A stretch of 64,000 nt of DNA from Deltaproteobacteria bacterium (GTDB taxonomy: Bacteria > Myxococcota_A > UBA9160 > SZUA-336), in contig JANNLG010000016.1 of NCBI GenBank assembly GCA_031396695.1, forward strand, positions 54,494 through 118,493, given 5' to 3'. A model generated the notes under the pieces. The model did no database searches, was not told the DNA's origin, and worked only from the letters and a program-made list of their open reading frames with translations. Below, piece after piece: positions 28,591 to 39,259 of the stretch. The translations under genes and the position numbers were made by a program. The first letter of the stretch is position 1. Each line of letters opens with the position of its first letter.

Positions 28591-29123
28591 GGGGTCGGAC
28601 GCGCCAGCGCGGCCCGGTACTCGGCCGCGAGCTCCACGTAGTGGCGGTTCTGCTCGTCGAGCACCGCGCGTTCCTCGTCGGACACGGGCCGGACGAAGCG
28701 GGCGGGCCGGCCGAGCCAGAGCTCGCGCGAGCCGACGCGCTTTCCGGGCGAGAGCAGCGAGCCTGCGCCCAGCATGCCCTCGCTCGCGACCACCGCGCCG
28801 TCCAGGATCACCGAGCCCATACCCACGAAGGCGCGATCCTCGAGCGTGCAGGCGTGCACGATGCAGCCGTGGCCGATCGTGACCTCTACACCGATCAGCG
28901 TCGGCAGCCCCTCGCGCGAGACGTGGATGATCGAGCCGTCCTGGAAGTTCGTGCGCGCGCCGATCCGCACCTGCTGCACGTCCCCGCGCACCACGCAGCC
29001 GAACCACACGCTCGCCTGTGCGCCGAGCTCGACGTCACCGATCAGCGTCGCCCCCGGAGCCACGAACGCATCGGGCGCGAGACGCGGCAGGCATCCGCGG
29101 TAGGGCAGCAACCGGGCTTCCAA
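28587..29123 (-). CDS. Gamma carbonic anhydrase family protein (hexapeptide-repeat, YrdA/PaaY-like)
   Basis: Left-handed beta-helix hexapeptide repeats (IGDVELGAQASVWFGCVVRGDVQQVRIGARTNFQDGSIIH) with the His ligand pattern. Confidence 0.8.
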   Translation of the reverse strand: MEARLLPYRGCLPRLAPDAFVAPGATLIGDVELGAQASVWFGCVVRGDVQQVRIGARTNFQDGSIIHVSREGLPTLIGVEVTIGHGCIVHACTLEDRAFVGMGSVILDGAVVASEGMLGAGSLLSPGKRVGSRELWLGRPARFVRPVSDEERAVLDEQNRHYVELAAEYRAALARPTP

Positions 29124-29235
29124 AGTGCGCGGATTCTACCGCCCGCGCGCAGGCTTAGAAGCTCGGGGGCGGCGCCGCGAACGGTCCCGGGATGAATCTT
29201 GACTTGTTTGTACAGTTTATTAGGCTGCGGGCTCG
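29124..29235. promoter_or_regulatory. Divergent promoter region between the gamma-CA/selenoprotein operon and rrf2-suf operon
   Basis: 112-bp spacer with the only AT-rich tract locally (CTTGACTTGTTTGTACAGTTTATTAGGCT), containing a TTGACT -35-like hexamer and partial dyad symmetry. Likely the Rrf2 operator and promoters. Confidence 0.4.
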
Positions 29236-29709
29236 ATGCAGCTTCTCGCGCAAGAAGAGTATGGGTTGCGCTGCCTGATCCAGGTGGCCCGGCAGCGAGG
29301 CCCTGACCCGCTCACGATCCCCGAGATCGCCGAGCGCGAGGGGATTTCGCCCGAATACGCCGCCAAGCTGATGCGCGCGCTGCGTCAGACCGAGTTCGTG
29401 CTCAGCACGCGCGGCGCCGGGGGTGGCTATCGGCTCGCGCGCCCGGCCGGCGAGATCACCGCCTGGCAGGTGATCCAGGCGCTGGGCGGCTCGCTCTTTC
29501 CGGCCGAGTTCTGCGAGACGCATCCCGGCCAGCTGCGCGACTGCGTCCACTCGACCGGCTGCTCGCTGCGCGGACTCTGGAGCTCGGTCGAGAGCGCGAT
29601 CCGCAACGTGCTCGAGGGCGTGACGCTCGCCGACCTCGCACGCGACGACCGGATCCTGTTCGGGATCGACGGGCCGCCGCTCGAGCCCAAAGCGCAGGCG
29701 CCGCGATGA
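29236..29709 (+). CDS. Rrf2 family transcriptional regulator (IscR/SufR-like)
   Basis: N-terminal wHTH ([24 protein letters not shown]) and C-terminal Cys cluster (C..C..C: [18 protein letters not shown]) for Fe-S sensing. Confidence 0.8.
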   Translation: MQLLAQEEYGLRCLIQVARQRGPDPLTIPEIAEREGISPEYAAKLMRALRQTEFVLSTRGAGGGYRLARPAGEITAWQVIQALGGSLFPAEFCETHPGQLRDCVHSTGCSLRGLWSSVESAIRNVLEGVTLADLARDDRILFGIDGPPLEPKAQAPR

Positions 29710-31154
29710 GCAGCAATCCCGAGATCGCCGCGCTCACCAATCGCGAGTACGAGGCGGGCTTCACCACCGACGTCGAGTCCGAGACCGTCGCGCCCGGGCT
29801 CGACGAGAACGTGATCCGGCGCATCTCCGAGAAGAAGGGCGAGCCGCAGTGGCTGCTCGACTGGCGCTTGCGCGCGTACGCGCGCTGGCTCGAGATGCGC
29901 GAAGAAGACGCGCGCTGGGCGAAGGTCACGTTCCCGAAGATCGACTACCAGGCGATCAGCTACTACTCCGCGCCCAAACCGCGTAAGAAGCTCGGCAGCA
30001 TGGACGAGGTCGACCCGGAGATCCGGGCGACGTTCGAGAAGCTCGGCATCCCGCTCAGCGAGCAGAAGATGCTCTCGGGCGTCGCGGTCGACGCGGTCTT
30101 CGACTCGGTCTCGGTCGCCACCACGTTCCGCGCCAAGCTCGCCGAGCTCGGCATCATCTTCTGCTCGTTTTCGGACGCAGTGAAGAGTCACCCGGAGCTG
30201 GTGCGGAAATATCTCGGATCGGTCGTGCCCTACTCCGACAACTACTTCGCGACGCTGAACTCGGCCGTGTTCACCGATGGCTCCTTCGTGTACATCCCGC
30301 CGGGCGTGCGCTGCCCGATGGAGCTCTCGACCTATTTCAGAATCAACGAAGCGAAGACCGGCCAGTTCGAGCGCACGCTGATCGTCGCCGACGAGGGCGC
30401 GTACGTGTCGTATCTCGAGGGTTGCACCGCGCCGATGCGCGACGAGAACCAGCTGCACGCCGCGGTGGTCGAACTGGTCGCGCTCGAGCGCGCGACCATC
30501 AAGTACTCGACCGTGCAGAATTGGTACCCGGGCGACAAGGAAGGCCGCGGCGGCATCTTCAACTTCGTGACCAAGCGCGGCGCGTGCCGCGGGAAGCGTT
30601 CGAAGATCAGCTGGACGCAGGTGGAGACCGGCTCTGCGATCACCTGGAAGTACCCGAGCTGCATCCTGCAGGGCGACGAATCGGTGGGCGAGTTCTACTC
30701 GGTCGCGGTGACCAATCACTATCAGCAGGCCGACACCGGCACGAAGATGCTGCACATCGGCAAGAACACGCGCAGCACGATCGTCTCGAAGGGCATCTCG
30801 TGCGGACACGGCCAGCAGACCTACCGCGGCCTGGTCGAGATCCACCAGAAGGCGACCGGCGCGCGCAATCACTCGCAGTGCGACTCGCTCTTGATCGGCG
30901 ACAAGTGCGGCGCGCACACCTTTCCCTATCTGGATGTTCGCAACGCGAGCGCGCAGGTGGAGCACGAGGCCACCACCAGCAAGATCAGCGACGACCAGCT
31001 GTTCTACTGCCAGCAGCGAGGGCTCGGCACCGAGGACGCCGTTTCGATGATCGTGAACGGCTTCTGCAAGGAGGTCTTCCGCGAGCTGCCGATGGAGTTC
31101 GCGGTCGAGGCCTCCAAACTTCTGTCCGTGACGCTCGAAGGCGCGGTCGGTTAG
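29706..31154 (+). CDS. sufB: Fe-S cluster assembly protein SufB
   Basis: 482 aa, strong SufB conservation throughout (e.g. ...[18 protein letters not shown]...); ATGA overlap with rrf2. Confidence 0.9.
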   Translation: MSSNPEIAALTNREYEAGFTTDVESETVAPGLDENVIRRISEKKGEPQWLLDWRLRAYARWLEMREEDARWAKVTFPKIDYQAISYYSAPKPRKKLGSMDEVDPEIRATFEKLGIPLSEQKMLSGVAVDAVFDSVSVATTFRAKLAELGIIFCSFSDAVKSHPELVRKYLGSVVPYSDNYFATLNSAVFTDGSFVYIPPGVRCPMELSTYFRINEAKTGQFERTLIVADEGAYVSYLEGCTAPMRDENQLHAAVVELVALERATIKYSTVQNWYPGDKEGRGGIFNFVTKRGACRGKRSKISWTQVETGSAITWKYPSCILQGDESVGEFYSVAVTNHYQQADTGTKMLHIGKNTRSTIVSKGISCGHGQQTYRGLVEIHQKATGARNHSQCDSLLIGDKCGAHTFPYLDVRNASAQVEHEATTSKISDDQLFYCQQRGLGTEDAVSMIVNGFCKEVFRELPMEFAVEASKLLSVTLEGAVG

Positions 31155-31166
31155 CACGGAGGCGTG

Positions 31167-31927
<761 letters not shown>

Positions 31928-31931
<4 letters not shown>

Positions 31932-33256
31932 GAGGCACGCCGGCCGAGCTCGCCTTCGCGCGGCACTTCGCGGCCGCGCGGGTAGCGCAGGCGTCGCGCG
32001 AGCCGGCCTGGCTCGCCCGACACCGTGCGGAGTCGTTCGCCGCGTTCGAGGCGCAGGGTCTGCCGACCGCCAAGCACGAGGACTGGCGCTTCACGTCGCT
32101 CGCGAAGCTCGAGCAGATCGAGTTCACGGCGGGCGGAGTGGACGCGAGCGCGCCGACCGCGGAGCTCATCGCCGCTTCGCGAATCGCGCTGGGACCGGCA
32201 CACCGACTGGTGTTCGTGAACGGATGCTACGCGGCGCAGCTCTCCAGCGTCGGCGCGCTGCCTCCAGGCTGTCGCGTCGCCCCGCTCTCCGCGCTGCTCG
32301 GCTCGGACGGCGAAGCGGTCGAGCGCGTGCTCGCGAGCGCCGCCGAGCCCAAGCGGCGCGCGCTGGTCGACCTGAACTCCGCGCTGTGGAGCGACGGCGT
32401 GTTGATCGAGCTCGAGCCCGGTGCGGTGCTCGATCGTCCCGTGCACCTGCTCTTCCACCAGTCCGGAGCCGACGCCCCGGTCGGCGCCCACGTGCGCACG
32501 CTGATCGCGGCCGGCGCAGGTAGCCGCGGCACGATCGTGGAGCAACACAGCGGCGAGACGCGCCATCCCGACCTGACGAACGCCGTGACGGAGATCCGCG
32601 CCGATCGCGGCGCGCAGCTCGACCACGTGCTGGTCCAGGACCTTCCCGAGCAGAGCACCGCGTTCAGCGCGCTGCTGTCGCGCCAGGAAGCGCAGAGCCG
32701 GCTCGGCTTGCACGCGTTCACGCTCGGCGCCGCGCTCGCGCGCGCCGAGGTCGAGAGCCGGCTCGAGGGCGAAGGCGCGGAGCTCGCGCTCTACGGCCTG
32801 TACCTCGGACGCGGCACGCAGCACCCCGACCAGCACACCACGATCGACCACGCCGCGCCGCGCACGAACAGCCGCGAGCTGTTCAAGGGCATCCTCGACG
32901 AGCGCGCGCATGGCGTCTTCCACGGCCGCATCCACGTGCGGCCCGACGCGCAGAAGATCAGCGCGGACCAGACCAATCGCGCGCTCCTGCTCTCGGACCG
33001 CGCGACGATCAACAGCAAGCCGCAGCTCGAGATCTACGCCGACGACGTGAAGTGCAGCCACGGCGCGTCGATCGGCCAGCTCGACGACGAGCAGCTCTTC
33101 TACCTGCGCGCGCGCGGACTCGATCTCGCGACGGCGCGCGCGCTGTTGACCGTCGCGTTCGCCAGCGAAGTGCTCGAGAAGCTGCCGCACGATGGCTTGC
33201 GCGCGTCGCTCGAGCGCGCGCTGCTCGGCTGGCTGCCGAGCGGAGGCGGAGCATGA
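31928..33256 (+). CDS. sufD: Fe-S cluster assembly protein SufD
   Basis: Position after sufC with ATGA overlap. C-terminal SufB/D-family conservation (DQTNRALLLSDRATINSKPQLEIYADDVKCSHGASIGQLD). Confidence 0.8.
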
Positions 33257-34476
33257 GCGCGCTCGACGTCGAAGCGCTGCGCAAACAGTTCCCGATCCTC
33301 GCGCGCCGAATCCACGGCAAGCCGCTCGTCTATCTGGACAGCGCGGCGTCGAGTCAGAAGCCGGCCTGCGTGATCGAGGCGATCGCCGACTACTACGGCC
33401 GCTACCACTCGAACGTCCACCGCGGCGTGCACACGCTCTCCGAGGAAGCCACCGCGGCTTACGAGCACGCGCGCGCGAAGGTGCGCGACTTCGTGCGCGC
33501 GCAGTCTTCGCGCGAGATCGTGTTCGTGCGCGGCACGACCGAGGCCATCAACCTGGTCTCGCAGGCGTGGGCGCGACCGCGGCTCCGCCCGGGCGACGAG
33601 GTGCTCGTGACCGAGCTCGAGCACCACTCGAACATCGTGCCTTGGCAGATCGTGTGCGAGCAGACCGGCGCCAAGCTCGTGGTCGCGCCGATCGACGAGC
33701 GCGGCGACGTGATCCCCCAGGAGTACGCGCGGCGGCTCGGCGAGCGCACGCGCGTGGTCGCGCTCGCGCACGTCTCGAACGCGCTCGGCAGCGTGCTGCC
33801 GGTGGCGGAGTTCGCGCGCCAGGCGAAGTCCGTCGGCGCGCTGGTGGTCGTCGACGGCGCGCAGGGCGTTCCGCACATGCCCGTCGACGTTGGCGCGTTG
33901 GGCTGCGACTTCTACGCGTTCTCGGGTCACAAGATGTACGCACCGACGGGCATCGGTGCGCTGTTTGGACGGCTCGAGCTGCTCGATGCGATGGAGCCGT
34001 GGCAGGGCGGCGGCTCGATGATCCGCAGCGTCTCGTTCGCGAAGACCACCTTCGCGAGCTCACCCGAGCGCTTCGAAGCCGGCACGCCCAACATCGAAGG
34101 CGCGATCGGCCTGGGCGTCGCGATCGAGTGGCTCGAGCGGCTCGACTTGTCAGCCGTTCACGCGCACGAGGCGGATCTGATCGCGTACGCGACCGCGTCG
34201 CTCTCGGCGATCCCGGGCGTGCGCTTGATCGGGGATCCACGCGAGCGCGCGGGCGCGGTGTCGTTCGTGGTCGGCGACGTACACGCACACGACGTCGGCA
34301 CGATCCTCGACGGTGAAGGCATCGCGATCCGCGCGGGACACCACTGCGCGCAGCCGGTGATGGACCACTTCGACGTGCCCGCCACCGCGCGCGCGTCGTT
34401 CGCGGTGCACAACGGCCGCGACGACGTCGATCTTCTGGTCGCCGGCGTTCGCCGCGTGCAGGAGATCTTCGCCTGA
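33253..34476 (+). CDS. sufS: Cysteine desulfurase SufS
   Basis: Class II aminotransferase/desulfurase: PLVYLDSAASSQKP, SGHKMY (PLP Lys), HHCAQP active-site Cys region; ATGA overlap. Confidence 0.85.
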   Translation: MSALDVEALRKQFPILARRIHGKPLVYLDSAASSQKPACVIEAIADYYGRYHSNVHRGVHTLSEEATAAYEHARAKVRDFVRAQSSREIVFVRGTTEAINLVSQAWARPRLRPGDEVLVTELEHHSNIVPWQIVCEQTGAKLVVAPIDERGDVIPQEYARRLGERTRVVALAHVSNALGSVLPVAEFARQAKSVGALVVVDGAQGVPHMPVDVGALGCDFYAFSGHKMYAPTGIGALFGRLELLDAMEPWQGGGSMIRSVSFAKTTFASSPERFEAGTPNIEGAIGLGVAIEWLERLDLSAVHAHEADLIAYATASLSAIPGVRLIGDPRERAGAVSFVVGDVHAHDVGTILDGEGIAIRAGHHCAQPVMDHFDVPATARASFAVHNGRDDVDLLVAGVRRVQEIFA

Positions 34477-34928
34477 TGTCCGATCTGCGCGAGCTGTACC
34501 AGGAGGTCATCCTCGACCACACCAAGCGCCCGCGGAACTTCGGGACGCTCGAGCACGCGACCCATCGCGCGCAGGGACACAACCCGCTGTGCGGCGATCA
34601 GCTCGCGCTGTTCGTCGAAGTCGAAGGCGACCGCCTGCGCGACGTGAGCTTCGCGGGCCGCGGCTGCGCGATCTCGACCGCGTCCGCATCGCTTCTGACC
34701 GAAGCGTTGAAGGGCAAGACCACCGCCGAGGCGCACGCGCTGTTCGAGCGCTTCCACGCGGCCGTGACGTCGTCGTCCGACCAGCCGATCGACGTGGCGG
34801 GTCTCGGCAAGCTCGCGGTGCTCGCGGGCGTTCGCGAATTCCCCATGCGCGTGAAGTGCGCGAGCCTGGCCTGGCACACGCTCGAGGCCGCGCTCGCCCG
34901 ACGCGCCGAGCCCGTGTCGACGGAGTAG
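34476..34928 (+). CDS. sufU: SUF system NifU-family Fe-S assembly protein SufU
   Basis: HNPLCGDQL..., GRGCAIS and the third Cys (KCASLA), typical of SufU; TGATG overlap with sufS. Confidence 0.8.
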   Translation: MSDLRELYQEVILDHTKRPRNFGTLEHATHRAQGHNPLCGDQLALFVEVEGDRLRDVSFAGRGCAISTASASLLTEALKGKTTAEAHALFERFHAAVTSSSDQPIDVAGLGKLAVLAGVREFPMRVKCASLAWHTLEAALARRAEPVSTE

Positions 34929-34931
34929 ACC

Positions 34932-35270
34932 ATGAGCATGGATTCGATCGAGACCCGAGACCCCGCGACCGAGGCCCTGCGCGAGAGCGTGATCGAGGTG
35001 CTGCGCAGCATCTTCGATCCCGAGATCCCGGTGAACATCTACGAGCTCGGGCTGGTGTACGGCATCGAGATCGGCGAGGAGAACCACGTGAAGGTGCGCA
35101 TGACGCTCACCTCGCCCATGTGCCCCGTCGCCGAAAGCCTTCCCCCCGAAGTCGAGCAAAAGGTCCGCCAGATCCCCGGCGTCGCCCACGCCGAAGTCGA
35201 CCTCACCTGGGAACCCACCTGGAACCCTTCCATGATGTCCGAAGCCGCGAAGCTCCAACTCGGCTTCTAG
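34932..35270 (+). CDS. sufT: SufT/DUF59 (MIP18-family) Fe-S assembly protein
   Basis: DPEIPVNIYELGLVY...VKVRMTLTSPMCPVAE motif of DUF59. Confidence 0.75.
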   Translation: MSMDSIETRDPATEALRESVIEVLRSIFDPEIPVNIYELGLVYGIEIGEENHVKVRMTLTSPMCPVAESLPPEVEQKVRQIPGVAHAEVDLTWEPTWNPSMMSEAAKLQLGF

Positions 35271-35340
35271 GCAGCGTCTCGAACGCATCGAAATCGAAGT
35301 ATCGATTCCGCGAGCGTTGTCGGACCCGCGCGGAGGGCGA

Positions 35341-36504
35341 CTACGCGCGAGTCTTGACCTTGTAGAGCTCCCGCACGTTGTCGCCCAGGAAGCGCACGCG
35401 ACTCTGCTCGTCGAGCAAGCCCGCGAGCTCCTCCACTTCCCGCATGTAGCTCGCGGTGTGATCCGCGTGCGGGTAGTCGGACGCCCAGAAGAAGCGGTCG
35501 GCGCCGAGCAGATCAATCAGCGCCGGGATCGTGCGTTCGTCGGGATCGGACGAGATCCAGCAGCGCGTCTTGAAGTAGTGACTCGGCTTCTCGCGAAGCG
35601 GCACGCGCTCGCCGATGAAGGTCGAGCCGTACACCGCATCGAGTCGGTCGAGCCAGTAGCCGATCCAGCCCGCGCCAGATTCGAGCACCACGATCTTCAG
35701 GCGCGGGAAGCGGTCGAAGACGCCGAAGTCGAACAGCGTCGTGAACGCGTGGCGCACGCCGTCGGCGGCGGTCACGCTCGAGAGCAGGCGCGACTTGCGC
35801 ATCTGCGTGAAGCGCGTCGACGCGATCGCCGGCGGCTCGAACGCGGGGTGCAGCGCGAGCGGCACGTCGAGCGCCTGCGCCGCTGCGAATAGCGGATCGT
35901 GGTCCGAGTGGCCGTGCGGCAGGTGCGACCAGGTGAACGGCACCACGAACGCGCCGCGACAGCCGTCGCGCACCGCGCGCTCGAGCTCGCGCGCGGCGGC
36001 CGCCGGATCGGAGAGCGAGACGTGCGCGATCGGGATCAACCGACCACCGGAGTCGAAACAGAACTCCGCGATCCAGCGGTTGTAGGCGCGACAGTACGCG
36101 TCGGTCAGCTCGGCGTCCTCGAGCTCCGCTTCCCAGAGTATCCCGATCGTCGGATACAGCACCGCCGCCTCGAGGTTCTCCGCGTCGAGCCGCTCGAGCC
36201 GCTCCTTCATGTCCATCGAGCCGTGCGGCGCGCCCGCCAGGTACGTGCGCTCGGGGTTCGGCCGCACGTCCTCGACGTGCATCTTGCCCATCGCGCCGAG
36301 CGTCCCGGGAAATCCCTTGCGCGACATCAGCGACGGCACGCCTCCGATCTCGATGTACTCGAGACCCTCCTCGTCGGTGCGGATCCGCAGCGCGCGGTCG
36401 CGGTAGCGCGGCTCGAGGTAGCGCTCCCACAGATCCGGCGGCTCGAGGATGTGACCGTCCGCGTCGATCACGCCGTTGTACTTGATCCGATAGACGTCGC
36501 GCAT
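35341..36504 (-). CDS. Amidohydrolase family protein (amidohydrolase-2/ACMSD-like)
   Basis: N-terminal VIDADGHILEPPDLWERYL, and later metal-binding His/Asp, typical of PF04909-type TIM-barrel hydrolases. Confidence 0.7.
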   Translation of the reverse strand: MRDVYRIKYNGVIDADGHILEPPDLWERYLEPRYRDRALRIRTDEEGLEYIEIGGVPSLMSRKGFPGTLGAMGKMHVEDVRPNPERTYLAGAPHGSMDMKERLERLDAENLEAAVLYPTIGILWEAELEDAELTDAYCRAYNRWIAEFCFDSGGRLIPIAHVSLSDPAAAARELERAVRDGCRGAFVVPFTWSHLPHGHSDHDPLFAAAQALDVPLALHPAFEPPAIASTRFTQMRKSRLLSSVTAADGVRHAFTTLFDFGVFDRFPRLKIVVLESGAGWIGYWLDRLDAVYGSTFIGERVPLREKPSHYFKTRCWISSDPDERTIPALIDLLGADRFFWASDYPHADHTASYMREVEELAGLLDEQSRVRFLGDNVRELYKVKTRA

Positions 36505-36579
36505 CGGTGTCTCCCGCCTTTGTCCCGTGCGATTCTACTTCGTGGCCGGAGCTCGATGCGAGCGGTACGATCGCCGCGC

Positions 36580-37068
36580 ATGAATGCCTGGCTCGCCAGC
36601 CGCGCCGCCGCGATTTTCGTGAGCGCGTGCGCGTGCGCCTGTCTCGGCTCGTACTCGCGCGCGCTCGAAGAGACGCGCGCGGGCCTGCTCGGACTCGACG
36701 GCCGCGCGCTGCGCGCGTGTCTCGGCGTGCCGACCGACTTCACCGTCGACGGGGACTTCGAGCAGCAGACCTACCGCTTCGAGCGCGACGACGACTTCGG
36801 CGGACTGGAACCGCCCGGCGGAATCGGCGGCGTCGTGCTCGGCGGGCGCGGACCGACCGATCGTGGCTACGAGCCCGGCGGGTTTCCGAGCGACGAGCCC
36901 GACCAGTCGTTCTGCCAGCTCGACTTCGAGCTCACCCAGGGCCGCGTGTCGCGCGTCTCCGCGCAGGGACGCACGCGCGAGGGCATGAACGCGGACGGAA
37001 GCTGCTTGCTGCGCGCGGAGCCGTGCCTCGACTACGTCGACGGCGAGCCCGAGTCCGACCTGGAGTAG
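36580..37068 (+). CDS. Hypothetical lipoprotein
   Basis: Second half of the 35899..37068 ORF. ATG 36580; signal/lipobox MNAWLASRAAAIFVSACAC; Gly/Asp-rich mature part. No family recognised. Confidence 0.45.
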   Translation: MNAWLASRAAAIFVSACACACLGSYSRALEETRAGLLGLDGRALRACLGVPTDFTVDGDFEQQTYRFERDDDFGGLEPPGGIGGVVLGGRGPTDRGYEPGGFPSDEPDQSFCQLDFELTQGRVSRVSAQGRTREGMNADGSCLLRAEPCLDYVDGEPESDLE

Positions 37069-38087
37069 GCGCGCGCGCTGCGCGCGATCGCGTCGGCGAG
37101 CGCGGAAGCGCCGATCAGACCCACGACCAGCGAAGCCGGGTTCGCGAGCCAGGCCGTGCACAGCTCGCGTACGCGCACGCTGCCGGGCCGCTCGCCGACG
37201 AGTGTGGTCTCGAGCTCCACGAGCTCCGCTTGCGCGGCGATCCAGTCGCCGCGCAGCCGAACGCGCGCGAGACGACCGCCCGCGTCGAGCGCCACGTGCG
37301 CTTCGAGAGCGCCGATCGGCGTAGCGAGCGCGCCGGCGCAGCTGAGCTCGGCGAGCTCGGCCTCGACCAGCGGCGGGCGCGCGTCCGCTTCGAAGAGCCG
37401 CGCTTCGTCGCTGGTGAGCGGCGTGTCGTCGAGTGTCAGCTCGAACTTGGCAGCGAATCCGGCGCAGAGCGCGCTCGCGAGCGGCTCGAACTCCGGCGTC
37501 GGCACGCGCTCGCGCGCGAGCGAGCTCGCGGCCGGAGCCAACGGCAGCCCCGGCCAGCTCGGCTCGCGTTCCTCCGTGGTGTAGGGTGCGCCGACGCCGA
37601 GCACGGCCTGGAACAGCAGCACGCCGCTCGGTTCGCGCGAGAGCGACACGTACGCGAGTCGCCGGCCGTTCGCCGACACGAAGTCCCGCCCCGGGTAGCT
37701 CGCAGGTAGACCGAGCCGCGAGAGGCCCGCGAGCAGGCCGCGCACCAGCCGGTTCAAGAGCCTCGGGCCCGTCAGCGAGCCGGCTTCCGGGAACCACGCC
37801 CGCGGCGAGGGCAGAAGCGCGCACAGCGAGACGACTCCGTCACCGTAGCGTGTAGAGCGGCCGCCGCTCAGCCTGCGCACTTCGTGCTTCGCGAGCGAGC
37901 TTCCCGCTCGCTGAAGGCGCCCGAGCGAGGCCGCCTCGCCGGTGAGCTCCGCGACCACCAGCGCGGCGCTGCCAGGCCGTCGCGCCAGGCCCGCCACCAG
38001 CTCGAGCTCGCGCTCGGGCGACACACGCGCCAGACGGATCACGCGTACGCAGCTTCGCGCTGCGGATTCCGCCCCGTGATCGCTCAT
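37032..38087 (-). CDS. Lipoate-protein ligase / BPL-LPL family protein
   Basis: RRLSGGRSTRYGDGVVSLCALLP and GRDFVSANGRRLAYVSLSREPSGVLLFQAVLGV match the LplA/LipB catalytic-domain pattern (R.SGGG.V.HD.G...GRND...G.KI.G.A...LHHG.LL). Confidence 0.55.
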   Translation of the reverse strand: MSDHGAESAARSCVRVIRLARVSPERELELVAGLARRPGSAALVVAELTGEAASLGRLQRAGSSLAKHEVRRLSGGRSTRYGDGVVSLCALLPSPRAWFPEAGSLTGPRLLNRLVRGLLAGLSRLGLPASYPGRDFVSANGRRLAYVSLSREPSGVLLFQAVLGVGAPYTTEEREPSWPGLPLAPAASSLARERVPTPEFEPLASALCAGFAAKFELTLDDTPLTSDEARLFEADARPPLVEAELAELSCAGALATPIGALEAHVALDAGGRLARVRLRGDWIAAQAELVELETTLVGERPGSVRVRELCTAWLANPASLVVGLIGASALADAIARSARAYSRSDSGSPST

Positions 38088-38258
38088 GCTCGAATGAATC
38101 CTTTCCCGGCCGTCTCACCAACCGGCAACTCCACTAGTTGCACACGGCAAACGTTTCCACCCGACCGAGCGCCCCCCTAAACAGTCTTTGCTTCAACCCC
38201 GTCGTCCCCGACGCCGAAGCAGTGATGTCGGGGGGTTACCCCCCGGGGGAGAGCCGTT

Positions 38259-39248
38259 TTGGGGATCCGCGTCACTGCGCGGAACTGGATCGCGCGCTGC
38301 GCGCTGGCCGCTCTCTGCTTGCTCGCCGCCTCCGACGCGTTCGCGCTCGGCACGCCCGCGGGTACGGTCGTCACCAACACGGCGACCGTCACGTACGTGG
38401 TCGGCGCGAGCGCGTACACGCAGAGCGCGAACTCGGCTTTCACGGTCGACGAGCGCGTCGACGTCGTCGTCACCTGGCAGGACGCGGCGCCGGTAGCGGT
38501 CGCACCCGCGGACGTCGATCGGCTGCTCACGTTCCTGCTCACGAACGCGGGCAACGGCAACGAGGCGTTCGCGCTGGTGGTCGACGCGCTCGTGCTCGGC
38601 GACCAGTTCGATCCGACCAACGCGCGAGTCTACATCGACAGCAACGCTTCGGGCGTCTACGAGCCCGGCGTCGATCCGCTCTACGTGGCCGGCGTGAACG
38701 ATCCGCTGCTCGCCGCGGACGCCTCGCGGCTCGTGTTCGTGCTCGCCGACATCCCCCCGGCGACCCTGAACGGCGAGCGCGGCGACGCGGAGCTCGAGGC
38801 GACCTCGCTCAGCGGCGGCGTCACGGGCACGATCGTCGCGGGCGCCGGCGACGGCGGCACCGATGCGGTGATCGGCGGCGGCACTAGCGCCGTGATCGGC
38901 AGCTACCTCGTCTCGGATCTGTTCGTCTCGATCGCGAAGACCGCGGTCGTGACGGATCTCGGCGGCGGCGCCACGCCCGCGCCTGGCTCGACCATCACCT
39001 ACACGCTGGTCGTCACCCCGAACGGCACCGGCACGCTCGCGAACGTGGTGATCACGGACGCCTTGCCACCGTTCACCAGCTACGTCGCGGGCTCGCTGAC
39101 GCTCGACGCCGTCTCGCTCACCGACGCCGTCGACGGCGACGCGGGCGACTTCGGCGGCACCACCGCGAATCAAGTCACCGTCGCGCTAGGGAACGTGGCC
39201 GGCGGATCTCTCCCCCAGACAATCACGTTCGCAGTCACGATCGACTAG
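38259..39248 (+). CDS. Secreted DUF11 ('conserved repeat domain') protein
   Basis: TTG start (ORF track); signal peptide ARCALAALCLLAASDAFA; GTVVTNTATVTYVV motif; Thr/Val/Gly/Asp-rich beta-repeat composition. Confidence 0.55.
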   Translation: MGIRVTARNWIARCALAALCLLAASDAFALGTPAGTVVTNTATVTYVVGASAYTQSANSAFTVDERVDVVVTWQDAAPVAVAPADVDRLLTFLLTNAGNGNEAFALVVDALVLGDQFDPTNARVYIDSNASGVYEPGVDPLYVAGVNDPLLAADASRLVFVLADIPPATLNGERGDAELEATSLSGGVTGTIVAGAGDGGTDAVIGGGTSAVIGSYLVSDLFVSIAKTAVVTDLGGGATPAPGSTITYTLVVTPNGTGTLANVVITDALPPFTSYVAGSLTLDAVSLTDAVDGDAGDFGGTTANQVTVALGNVAGGSLPQTITFAVTID

Positions 39249-39259
39249 GAGGGAATGCC

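Noticed and set aside
35271-35340. Weak hairpin AATCGA-AGTA-TCGATT between convergent sufT and amidohydrolase genes as an intrinsic terminator
   Set aside because: Short AT-rich stem without a following U-tract on either strand. Too weak to call.
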